Source: Oscillospiraceae bacterium (GTDB lineage: Bacteria; Bacillota; Clostridia; Oscillospirales; Acutalibacteraceae). From it: a stretch of DNA of 39,074 nucleotides. The stretch's first letter is position 1. Every line of letters starts with the position of its first letter. A program made the translations under genes and the position numbers. This document shows, in pieces, positions 26,618 to 35,323 of this stretch. Location of the stretch: contig JAISII010000169.1 in NCBI GenBank assembly GCA_031262125.1, positions 1 through 39,074 on the forward strand. Direction: 5' to 3'. The notes beneath the pieces were generated by a model. It was not told the DNA's origin and made no database searches. It saw only the letters and a program-made list of their open reading frames with translations.

Positions 26618-28255
26618 CTATTTTAAAACTCCCACAATTTCATCCACAAAAGCTTCAATCTCGTTTTTACGCAGCTTTAGGCTTGCAATGTTAGAAATAA
26701 GCCTTGCCGAAATCGGCGTAATTTCTTCAATAACCTCTAACCCGTTTTCTTTAAGGGTCGAGCCCGTTTCTACAATATCAACAATGGCATCTGCCAAACC
26801 AACCAGCGGTGCAAGCTCAACCGAGCCCTCGATTTTTATGATTTTAACGTCCATATTTTTGCTCTCGAAAAATTTGCGAGCCACAACAGGGTATTTGGTT
26901 GCAATTGTTTTTATGTTATAGCCGGCGTAAAAATCCTCGCCTACCTTAGAAGCTAACGCAAACCTGCACCTTCCAAAGCCCAAATCATACAGCTCATAAA
27001 ATATTGTACCGTTTTCTAATATAGTATCTTTGCCCACAACGCCCAAATCGCACACGCCGTTTTCTACATATGTAATAACATCGGGGGCTTTTGCAAGCAC
27101 AATTTCAAACACTCTATCGCCTTTGCTTACCTTTAAAATCAACTTGCGGCCTTTGTTTTCAATCTCGTCAACATTATAGTCAAGTTGTTTAAACAGTGCT
27201 ACGGTGTCTTTTTCTAAGCGACCTTTTGTCAGTGCAATCCTAATCGGGGCAGCGTTGTTATCTTTGCTGCTTTTGGTTTTGCCGCCCAAAACAATTTGTG
27301 TTACCGCACTTACATCAACTGCAAAGCCTGCCGCACCCATGGGCATATCAAAGGCTTCCATAAGTCTGTCGTACCGTCCGCCGGTAATAATCGCATCGCC
27401 ATGCCCGTCGGCATAGCCCGAAAAAACCATACCGCTGTAATAATCGGTTTTAAGCACTTGCCCCAAATCTATAATAATGTTTGTATGCAGGTTTTGCTTT
27501 TTTAAAGTGCCGTACAAATCTTCAAGGTATTCTAACGCATATTTTTCATCGTAACCACGGCAGAGCTTGCGTGCCTTTTCAAAAACCTCTTCGCCGCCGA
27601 AAAGTCGTGTAACCTTACGCAGTGCCAAGCTTTCTTCAGATGCTTCCAGCCCGTCCAAAATCTCGGTTAGTGCCGAATAGTTTTTGCTTTGGCAAGCATC
27701 GGTTATGCTTTGCTTTTGCTCGGGTGTTGCGTTAAGGCGGTTAATAAATGCCTTAATAAAGCCCGAATGCCCGATTTCTATACGGAATCCGGATAATACA
27801 CTCTGCACGCTCTCAATAGCAGCCGACAGCACCTCTAAATCGGCATCCTTACCCTCTGCACCCAAAAGCTCGGTGCCAATTTGATACACCTCATTAGAAC
27901 GCCCCGAGAGTGCAGGCACAATACGGTAAACCGGCTGGCTGTAATACAGTCTTATGGGCAGCTGCTCCCCACGCAAGCGGGACGACACCATACGGGCAAT
28001 CGGCAAGGTAGAATCGCTCCTTGCACATAAAATTCGCCCTTTGTTGTCTATGGTTTTAAACATATCCTCCGAATGCAGCATATTGCCCTGCAACGAAAAC
28101 AAGTCCAAAAACTCAAACCCCGGGGTAATAACTGGGTTATAATTGCGTTTTTGCAGCACCTTTTGAATTTTCTCGGTAGTTTTTGAAAGAGCAATGCACT
28201 CTTCAAAAAGCAAATCACGGCTGCCCTCGGGGGCGGTTTTGTTGTATTTTTTCAT
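26618..28255 (-). CDS. hisZG: Fused HisZ-HisG: ATP phosphoribosyltransferase regulatory subunit (aa 1-~325) joined to a short-form catalytic HisG (aa ~338-545)
   Basis: The N-terminal part has aaRS-like HisZ motifs (PEGSRDLLFEE, YYSQPVYR, DYYSGMVFSGY, GGRYDRL). After the linker GGKTKSSKDNNAAP, the C-terminal part reads IRIALTKGRLEKD...DLGVVGKD...KIEGSVELAP..GLADAIVDIVETGSTLKENGL, which is HisG short form. It is one uninterrupted 545-aa ORF. Confidence 0.8.
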   Translation of the reverse strand: MKKYNKTAPEGSRDLLFEECIALSKTTEKIQKVLQKRNYNPVITPGFEFLDLFSLQGNMLHSEDMFKTIDNKGRILCARSDSTLPIARMVSSRLRGEQLPIRLYYSQPVYRIVPALSGRSNEVYQIGTELLGAEGKDADLEVLSAAIESVQSVLSGFRIEIGHSGFIKAFINRLNATPEQKQSITDACQSKNYSALTEILDGLEASEESLALRKVTRLFGGEEVFEKARKLCRGYDEKYALEYLEDLYGTLKKQNLHTNIIIDLGQVLKTDYYSGMVFSGYADGHGDAIITGGRYDRLMEAFDMPMGAAGFAVDVSAVTQIVLGGKTKSSKDNNAAPIRIALTKGRLEKDTVALFKQLDYNVDEIENKGRKLILKVSKGDRVFEIVLAKAPDVITYVENGVCDLGVVGKDTILENGTIFYELYDLGFGRCRFALASKVGEDFYAGYNIKTIATKYPVVARKFFESKNMDVKIIKIEGSVELAPLVGLADAIVDIVETGSTLKENGLEVIEEITPISARLISNIASLKLRKNEIEAFVDEIVGVLK

Positions 28256-28288
28256 AGATTAATCTGTTCCTTAATTTATTGTAGTAGC

Positions 28289-28317
28289 ATAGTAGCACAC
28301 TAAAGCGTTTTTGTCAA
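28289..28317 (-). promoter_or_regulatory. Putative sigma-A promoter of the his operon
   Basis: Minus strand: TTGACA (28317-28312), a 17-nt spacer ending in TGc, then TACTAT (28294-28289). AAGGA and the ATG at 28255 follow ~30 nt later. Confidence 0.5.
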
Positions 28318-28326
28318 GTTCTAAAT

Positions 28327-29505
28327 TTACTCTTGCGGTTTGTCGGCTTTTGTGGGTTTGTTTTTGCCCAAGCGTTGCTTAACATTTTGCCCCACCAAGG
28401 TATAAATAACGGCAAAGCACGGCACGCCCAGCACCATACCCGGCAATTGGAACAAACTGCCGCCCAAAATCACACTAAACAGTACCCAGATGCCGCTTAT
28501 GCCTATCGAGTTGCCCATTATACGGGGATAAATAATATTGCCGTCGATTTGTTGCAGCACAACCATAAAAATAATAAAGAACAAGCAATGCCACGGGTTT
28601 ATTAACAGCAGCAAAAATGCACTGGGTATGCCCCCGATAAACGGACCGAAAAACGGAATTATATTTGTAAACGCAATAATGAAGCTTATCAGAAGCGGGT
28701 ACTCAAACCCGAAAATGCTCATACCAACATAGCAAACTACACCTACAATTGCGGCGTCGGTTAGCTGACCAACCAAATATTTGCCAAACTTGTTATTTGC
28801 AAGGCTTAAAATCTCCTCGGCTTTTGCAAAAGCTTTTTGCGGCAAATAGGCAGAGAAAAAGTTGCGTGTAATAAGGCAAAGCTGCTCTTTGCTTGCCAAA
28901 AAATAAACCGAAACGATTATCGCAATAACCCAGTTATAAACCTCGCCCAAAACGGCTTTTGTTCCCTCCCAAACTTGGGGGAAAATTTGGTTTATAAAAT
29001 CGTTTACCCCGCCGCCTGAGGAATTTTTTTGGTTTAAAATATTGTCCAGCAGCGAGTCAAGTATTGTTTTGTTGTCCAAACTCGTGCCTAAAGAGGTGTT
29101 AATCAGTTCGATAATCAACCGCTCGGTCTGCATAAACTGGTTAGCATAGCCTGAGAAGTTATCTGCCAGCCTTTGAATATTAACTTGCAATTGCGGGATA
29201 AGTATGCCTAAGAAAAATGCAACAATGCCAAATGCAAAAATGTAGGTAATAATAAGAGAAAGCGGCTTTTTGAATTTTAGCCAAAACTTGTGCTTGCTGC
29301 CCATTTTTTTAAATATTTTTTTACGCAGCAACTCATACGGGAACTTTAGCAAATATGCCAAACCAAAGCCGTACAAAAACGGCATTATTATGTTTGCAAA
29401 TGCAGAAACAAAGCCCCATATTTCTTTAAGGTGAAATAGGGCAAACACAAGCAAAATGCCGAATGTTATAAGCCAAAAAATTCCCGAAAAAGTTTTTTTG
29501 TTCAA
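28327..29505 (-). CDS. AI-2E family transporter (PerM/YhhT-like, UPF0118) membrane protein
   Basis: 392 aa and multi-pass hydrophobic. It carries the family motif NIIPFFGPFIGGIPSAFLLL and the ending GNxIYPRIMGNSIGISG. Confidence 0.8.
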   Translation of the reverse strand: MNKKTFSGIFWLITFGILLVFALFHLKEIWGFVSAFANIIMPFLYGFGLAYLLKFPYELLRKKIFKKMGSKHKFWLKFKKPLSLIITYIFAFGIVAFFLGILIPQLQVNIQRLADNFSGYANQFMQTERLIIELINTSLGTSLDNKTILDSLLDNILNQKNSSGGGVNDFINQIFPQVWEGTKAVLGEVYNWVIAIIVSVYFLASKEQLCLITRNFFSAYLPQKAFAKAEEILSLANNKFGKYLVGQLTDAAIVGVVCYVGMSIFGFEYPLLISFIIAFTNIIPFFGPFIGGIPSAFLLLLINPWHCLFFIIFMVVLQQIDGNIIYPRIMGNSIGISGIWVLFSVILGGSLFQLPGMVLGVPCFAVIYTLVGQNVKQRLGKNKPTKADKPQE

Positions 29506-29522
29506 AGTTTAGCTCCTAAATA

Positions 29523-29720
29523 AAACCACCCCGTCAGGGCTGACGCCCTGCCACCCCTCCACGGAGGGGAATTTTCGTGCATTGACGAGGCTTTAAGTTT
29601 GGTGTTTTGTTTTTTGAATTTATATATTGTGGTTTGCAATCAGTCTATTATTAGTGCTAATATTCCCCTCCGTGGAGGGGTGGCTCAACACTCATTTCAT
29701 AAGTGTTGAGCCGGGGTGGT
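29523..29720. mobile_element. MITE-like non-coding element: ~50-nt composite terminal inverted repeats around an AT-rich core
   Basis: Left arm: aaaccaccccg-[cagggc tgac gccctg]-ccacccctccacggaggggaat (29523-29571). The right arm (29663-29720) is its reverse complement except that the inner hairpin is replaced by ctcaacact-catttcat-aagtgttgag. There is no ORF and no obvious target-site duplication. Confidence 0.55.
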
Positions 29721-29729
29721 TTGTGTTCT

Positions 29730-32700
29730 CTAAAACAACGAAATCTGGTCAGTGTCGGGCAAATCGCCAAACACTCCGGCGTCTTTTAATTTTTCTATAA
29801 CCGTTTTGTTTGCACCGGTTTTAATCTGCATATCTTCAATAGAAAGATATTTAACCTTTCTGCCCCATTCTTCCATGCTTTTTGCAGCGTTCTCACCCAC
29901 TCCGTCAACCGAAGCAAACGGCAGGCGTATTTTACCGTCCTCTACCTCAAATTTTGTGGCGGAGGATTTGTAAATATCAACAGGCAAAACCTCTATTTTG
30001 CGGCAGAACATTTCGTTTATAATCTGCAAAGTGTCAAGCTCGGATTTTTCTTTAGCCGAAGCTGTTTTTTGGTTGATTTTTGATTTTATGTCTGCAATTT
30101 TTGCTCTTATAGCCAAATGACCCTGCATAGCGGCTGCACCGTCAAAATCTTCTCCCCGCACGGTAAAATATGCAGCATAAAACTCAAGCGGCTTATAAAC
30201 TTTATACCAGCCCATACGCAAAGCACCAATCATATATGCCGCTGCGTGTGCCTTTGGGAACATATATTTTATCTTCATGCAAGAATCAATATACCACTGC
30301 GGCACATTGTTTTTTCGCATTGCTTCTATATGCTCGGGCGTAAGCTCTTTTACAGCCTTACCTTTACGCACAATTTCCATAATTTTAAACGACATTTGCG
30401 GGTCCAGCCCTTTATGAATAAGATATGTCATAATCGAGTCTCGTGTTCCGATAACGTCTGAAATTGTACAGGTTCCGTCTTTAATCAAATCCTGTGCGTT
30501 GCCGTTCCAAACATCTGTGCCGTGAGAAAGCCCCGAAACCTGCAATAAATCCGAAAATTTTGTCGGCTGTGCTTCTGCAAGCATTTGGCGTACAAAACCT
30601 GTGCCAAGTTCGGGCAAGCTTAATGTGCCTGTTTGTGCTTCAATCTCTTGAGAGGTTACGCCAAGTGCCTCGGGCGAAATAAACAGCGACATTACCTTTT
30701 CGTCGCTCATCGGCACATCGGTTACGGGCACGCCTGTATAATCCTCCAAATATTTGCATATTGTCGGCACGTCGTGCCCAAGCTCGTCCAGTTTGCAAAT
30801 ATTATCGTGAATCGCATGAAAGTCAAAGTGAGTGGTGATATTATCGTTGTTCATATCGTTTGCCGGGTGCTGCGTGGGGCAAAAGTCATAAATTTCCATA
30901 TTCCGTGGCACAACAACCATACCGCCGGGGTGCTGCCCTGTGGTGCGTTTAACGCCTGTGCAGCCAATTGCAAGGCGTAGCTCTTCGGCTTTTTTCATCT
31001 CTTTAAACATCGGCACAGCCGTTGAGTTTTGTGCGTTTTGCCGTCCGTTTGCCAAATCATCAAACCCTGTTTTGGCGGCAGAACCTGCATTTAAAGCCGA
31101 CGCTTTAAGCATTTTTTCAAATTCGGCACGTTTTTCTTCATCGTATTTTTTAACAAAACCTATTGCGGTTTTTTCTTGAATACAAGATATTGTACCCGCT
31201 TTAAACACGTTTTCTTTGCCAAAAATCTCTTCGGTGTAGCGGTGCACACGTTCTTGCACTTCTCCGCTGAAGTTTAAGTCAATATCGGGCACCTTGTCGC
31301 CCTTAAAGCCCAAAAATGTTTCAAAGGGTATTTCTTGCCCGTCCCGCTCAAAAGATGTGCCGCAATCGGGGCAATTTTTGGGCGGCAAATCGAACCCCGA
31401 GCCAATAGAACCATCGGTTATGGCTTCAAAATGCTTGCACTTGGGGCAAATGTAGTGCGGCGGCAACGGGTTAACCTCCGAAATTCCGCAAACTGTTGCA
31501 ACAAATGAAGAACCAACGCTCCCCCGTGAGCCAACTTGGTAGCCGTTTTTAACGCTGTATGCCACCAGCTTTTGTGCCGTCATATACAACACCGAAAATT
31601 TGTATTTTATAATTGCATTAAGCTCTTTTTCTAAGCGTTCTTTTACCAAATCGGGCAACGGGTCGCCGTATTTTGCTTTTGCGTTGCTCCAGCTTATGTT
31701 AATAAGCTCTTCTTGTGCTCCGTCAATAATCGGGTGAAAGGTTTCTTTTGGAATCGGTCTGATGTAATCTATCATATCGGCAATTTTGTTCGTGTTTTCT
31801 ACCACGACTTCATATGCCTTTTCTTTGCCCAAATAGCTGAACTCCTCCAGCATTTCGGCAGTTGTTCGCAAATATAGCGGAGCTTGGTTATCGGCGTCAG
31901 AAAAGCCTTTACCCGCCTGCAAAATTTTGCGGTACTGTGCTTGGTACGGGTCCATAAAGTGCACATCGCAGGTTGCAACAACGGGTATGCCAAGCTCCTC
32001 GCCTAAGCGTACAATTGCAGTGTTAATTTGCACCAGCTCTTTTTGGGATTCTACCATTCCCTTTTCTATCATGAATTGGTTGTTTTGCAGGGGCTGAATT
32101 TCTAAAAAGTCGTAATACGAAGCGATTTTTTTAATTTCGCTCCACGGTTTGCCGTTAAAAATCGCTTGGAACAGCTGCCCGCTTTCGCACGCCGAGCCGA
32201 TAATCAAACCCTCTCGGTGGGCATCTAAAATTGTTTTTAAAATGCGAGGGCGTTTATAATAGTGTTTAAGATGACTGTCGGATATCAGCTTGTAGAGATT
32301 TTTAAGCCCCGTTGCATTTTTAACAAGAATTATCTGGTGGTATGTAGGCAAATATTTATAGTTTGATTTGCCCAATTTTGAGGTTATTGCCCCAACACTT
32401 AAAACATCCTGCTTTTTAAGGCGTGCAATGTATTCAATAAAAATACGGGACAATACTTCGGCATCGTCTTTGGCACGGTGATGGTTAAACGTGCCCAAAC
32501 GCAGGTGCTTAACCACCTTGTCTAACTTGGCGGATTTTAGCTCAGGCACAAGGCTGCGGGTTAGTGCAACCGTATCTATAGCCGAATAGTTATATTCTAT
32601 GTTATGGCGTGTGCAAACCGCTTTTAAAAACGAGGTGTCGAACTGGGCATTGTGTGCCACCAAAACCGAATCGCCGCAAAATTCAAAAAAGCTTTTAACA

Positions 32701-34211
32701 GCTTCGTCCTCAAGCGGAGCATTGGCAACCATACTGTCGGTTATGCCGGTTAGCTTTACAATACGGGCAGGGATTGGTATTTGCGGGTTTACAAAAGTGC
32801 CGAACGACTCTTTAAACATCCCGTTTTCGATTTTTACTGCACCTATTTCGGTTATCCTGTCAAATCCGGCAGAAAGCCCGGTGGTTTCTAAGTCGAAGCA
32901 AACAAAAGTGCCGCTAAGCGGTGTGTCGGCTTCGCCATCGACTGCTGTTGCTTGATTATCGGAAAAATACGCTTCTAAGCCGTAAATTACCTTAAACTTT
33001 TCTTCGTCCTCGCCTTTTGCTTTGTTTATGGCTTCGGCTGTATTCATTGCTTCGGGGTAGCTTTGTGCAACGCCGTGGTCGGTTATTGCAATAGCTTTAT
33101 GCCCCCATGCCGCCGCACGTTTTATCAAATTCGCCGCCGGAGTAATAGCGTCCATTTCTGACATTGTGGTATGCAAATGCAGCTCTACACGCTTTTTTTC
33201 TGCCTTGTCTGCCGTTACGGTTTTTGTAACCTTAGAGATTGATTTAGGACGTAAGGTAAGCTCGTTACGGTTATATTTGTCGTAATACAGCTCGCCACGC
33301 AAATAGAGCGTGTCGCCTTTTTTTAGCTCGGCAATTCGCTTGCCCTCTTCTATTGGCGTAAAAAGCGAAACATAAACTGAATCGGTATAATCGGTTATGC
33401 CGAACAAAATGCTGTAGCTTCGCCCATCGGCTGTTAGCTTGCATTTGTCTATGTTAAACACATCGCCCCAAACAGCGGCGGTGCCTGTTTCGATATCTAA
33501 ACTGCTGAGTTTTTTTGGCGTGCCCTTTGTTTTAGTGTTGCCGAAAATTAGGCTTGCACTGTCTAAAACAGGTGTGGGCAGCAAAGTGTCGCCTTTTCTT
33601 ATTTCAATTTCGGTTATCTGTTGGCTTTCGGTTTTTTCTACCTTAGGGGCGTTTAGCAGACGCTCACGCTCTAACTTTTCGGCATAAATCTCTTTTTTTT
33701 CTATATAAATTTCGCTGTCGGCGTTTAGCTCGGTAACGCCACTCAACTCTACATTTTGTATGTTAACATCAAACTGCCGTGCAATTTCGGCTTTTAGCTC
33801 CGGCACAAAATTTTTCTGCTCTAAAATTAAAGCACCGCCGTTTTTAAGCTCAATTTCAATATTATTATCGTCGGTTATGGTATAAACTGCGTTGTTTAAA
33901 GTGCCGTTTAGCGATGGAATTTTAAATTTTAATTCGTCAATAACATCGGGCAAAACGTCGGCACAAAACGTGCTTGCGGAGTAGCTTGGGTAAATTTTTG
34001 CCCTTTGCACACCAAGCGGTGAGTTTTTAACGGCAATCTCTAAAGCAGTAATTTCGCTTTTTGGTATGTATGCACTAAAATTTAAATAAAAGCTGATTAA
34101 CCCTTCCCCGCTGTTAAGCTTTGCCGAAAGCAGCTCGCCGCCAAGGGCGTTTGCAAACAGAGGGTTTTGCGTGTCTATATAATTTTGCAGCATATTGCAT
34201 AGTGTTCCCAT
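29730..34211 (-). CDS. polC: DNA polymerase III alpha subunit, PolC type
   Basis: 1493 aa. PHP domain VELHLHTTMSEMDA...AITDHG, inserted 3'-5' exonuclease FVCFDLETTGLS...HNAQFDTSFL, Zn-finger CPKCKHFE...CPDCG and a Pol III core. Confidence 0.95.
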   Translation of the reverse strand: MGTLCNMLQNYIDTQNPLFANALGGELLSAKLNSGEGLISFYLNFSAYIPKSEITALEIAVKNSPLGVQRAKIYPSYSASTFCADVLPDVIDELKFKIPSLNGTLNNAVYTITDDNNIEIELKNGGALILEQKNFVPELKAEIARQFDVNIQNVELSGVTELNADSEIYIEKKEIYAEKLERERLLNAPKVEKTESQQITEIEIRKGDTLLPTPVLDSASLIFGNTKTKGTPKKLSSLDIETGTAAVWGDVFNIDKCKLTADGRSYSILFGITDYTDSVYVSLFTPIEEGKRIAELKKGDTLYLRGELYYDKYNRNELTLRPKSISKVTKTVTADKAEKKRVELHLHTTMSEMDAITPAANLIKRAAAWGHKAIAITDHGVAQSYPEAMNTAEAINKAKGEDEEKFKVIYGLEAYFSDNQATAVDGEADTPLSGTFVCFDLETTGLSAGFDRITEIGAVKIENGMFKESFGTFVNPQIPIPARIVKLTGITDSMVANAPLEDEAVKSFFEFCGDSVLVAHNAQFDTSFLKAVCTRHNIEYNYSAIDTVALTRSLVPELKSAKLDKVVKHLRLGTFNHHRAKDDAEVLSRIFIEYIARLKKQDVLSVGAITSKLGKSNYKYLPTYHQIILVKNATGLKNLYKLISDSHLKHYYKRPRILKTILDAHREGLIIGSACESGQLFQAIFNGKPWSEIKKIASYYDFLEIQPLQNNQFMIEKGMVESQKELVQINTAIVRLGEELGIPVVATCDVHFMDPYQAQYRKILQAGKGFSDADNQAPLYLRTTAEMLEEFSYLGKEKAYEVVVENTNKIADMIDYIRPIPKETFHPIIDGAQEELINISWSNAKAKYGDPLPDLVKERLEKELNAIIKYKFSVLYMTAQKLVAYSVKNGYQVGSRGSVGSSFVATVCGISEVNPLPPHYICPKCKHFEAITDGSIGSGFDLPPKNCPDCGTSFERDGQEIPFETFLGFKGDKVPDIDLNFSGEVQERVHRYTEEIFGKENVFKAGTISCIQEKTAIGFVKKYDEEKRAEFEKMLKASALNAGSAAKTGFDDLANGRQNAQNSTAVPMFKEMKKAEELRLAIGCTGVKRTTGQHPGGMVVVPRNMEIYDFCPTQHPANDMNNDNITTHFDFHAIHDNICKLDELGHDVPTICKYLEDYTGVPVTDVPMSDEKVMSLFISPEALGVTSQEIEAQTGTLSLPELGTGFVRQMLAEAQPTKFSDLLQVSGLSHGTDVWNGNAQDLIKDGTCTISDVIGTRDSIMTYLIHKGLDPQMSFKIMEIVRKGKAVKELTPEHIEAMRKNNVPQWYIDSCMKIKYMFPKAHAAAYMIGALRMGWYKVYKPLEFYAAYFTVRGEDFDGAAAMQGHLAIRAKIADIKSKINQKTASAKEKSELDTLQIINEMFCRKIEVLPVDIYKSSATKFEVEDGKIRLPFASVDGVGENAAKSMEEWGRKVKYLSIEDMQIKTGANKTVIEKLKDAGVFGDLPDTDQISLF

Positions 34212-34238
34212 ATGTACCCCTAATTCTTGTTTTGCGTT

Positions 34239-35312
34239 TTACAGTGTTTCTATTTCGTGCATTAGTTCTTGCAGCAAATCGGCTTCGCTGACTTTACGTA
34301 AAATTTTGCCTTTTTTAAAAATAAGCCCTTCGCCGTTGCCGCCTGCAATGCCAATATCGGCTTCTTGTGCTTCGCCCGGTCCGTTAACGGCACAACCCAT
34401 AACTGCTACCTTAGTTGGTTTTTTTATGTTTTTTAAGGCTTGTTCAACTTGGTTTGCCAAAGTTATAACATCAATTTTTGTTCGCCCGCACGTTGGGCAT
34501 GCAATAAGCTGCACCCCTGATTTTTCAATATCCAAAGCCCGCAGCAAATCGTGCCCGGCTGCAACCTCCAACACAGGGTCGGCGGTTAGTGAAACACGAA
34601 TCGTGTCGCCAATGCCGTCCAAAAGCAACGCACCAATGCCCGCTGAGGATTTTATTAAACCCGTACGTTCGGTGCCCGCCTCGGTTACGCCCAAATGCAG
34701 CGGGTAATCGCACTTTTCTGCGGCAAGTTTATATGCGTGCACCATTGTTTGCACCGACGAGCTTTTCATAGACAGCACAATATCGCTAAACTCAAATTTT
34801 TCGAGCAAAGACGCATGATACAAGGCACTTTCGCACAGTGCCGCTGCGGTTGGGCTGCCATGCTTTTTTAAAATTTCTTTTTCCAGCGAGCCGGAGTTAA
34901 CCCCGATGCGAATTGGTATTTTTGCGTTGCGGCAGGCGTTAACCACCGCCAAAATCTTCTCTTGCGAGCCGATGTTGCCCGGGTTTATTCTAATTTTATC
35001 AACTCCGGCGGCAACACATTCCAGTGCAATTTTATAGTCAAAATGAATATCCGCCACAACGGGGATATTCAAGCTGTTTTTAAGTGCATAAATAAGCGGC
35101 ACACAATCAACATTCGGCACAGCTGCACGAATAACCTCGCACCCTTTTTCTTGCAGCAGCAACGCTTGTGCAACACTTTTTTCAATATTGTCCGCCGGGG
35201 TGTTAAGCATAGACTGCACGGTTATTTTTGCACCGCCGCCCATTAAAACATTGCCGACTTTTACTTGTTTTTTGCTGCCCATTTTTTGCACCGCCTTATT
35301 TTTAAAAATCAC
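34239..35312 (-). CDS. ispG: 4-hydroxy-3-methylbut-2-en-1-yl diphosphate synthase (flavodoxin)
   Basis: 357 aa with VQSMLNT, RAAVPN, IRINPGNIG, ACPTCGRT and MGCAVNGPGEAQEADIGIAGG. The start could also be the internal Met at 35282. Confidence 0.9.
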   Translation of the reverse strand: MIFKNKAVQKMGSKKQVKVGNVLMGGGAKITVQSMLNTPADNIEKSVAQALLLQEKGCEVIRAAVPNVDCVPLIYALKNSLNIPVVADIHFDYKIALECVAAGVDKIRINPGNIGSQEKILAVVNACRNAKIPIRIGVNSGSLEKEILKKHGSPTAAALCESALYHASLLEKFEFSDIVLSMKSSSVQTMVHAYKLAAEKCDYPLHLGVTEAGTERTGLIKSSAGIGALLLDGIGDTIRVSLTADPVLEVAAGHDLLRALDIEKSGVQLIACPTCGRTKIDVITLANQVEQALKNIKKPTKVAVMGCAVNGPGEAQEADIGIAGGNGEGLIFKKGKILRKVSEADLLQELMHEIETL

Positions 35313-35323
35313 TTAAAAGTTAA

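Noticed and set aside
28256-28326. T-box riboswitch or attenuator leader for the his operon
   Set aside because: Only ~70 nt separate the upstream stop from the hisZG start. Most of that is taken by a good TTGACA-17-TACTAT promoter, which leaves a ~30-nt leader. That is far too short for a T-box or a leader peptide attenuator.
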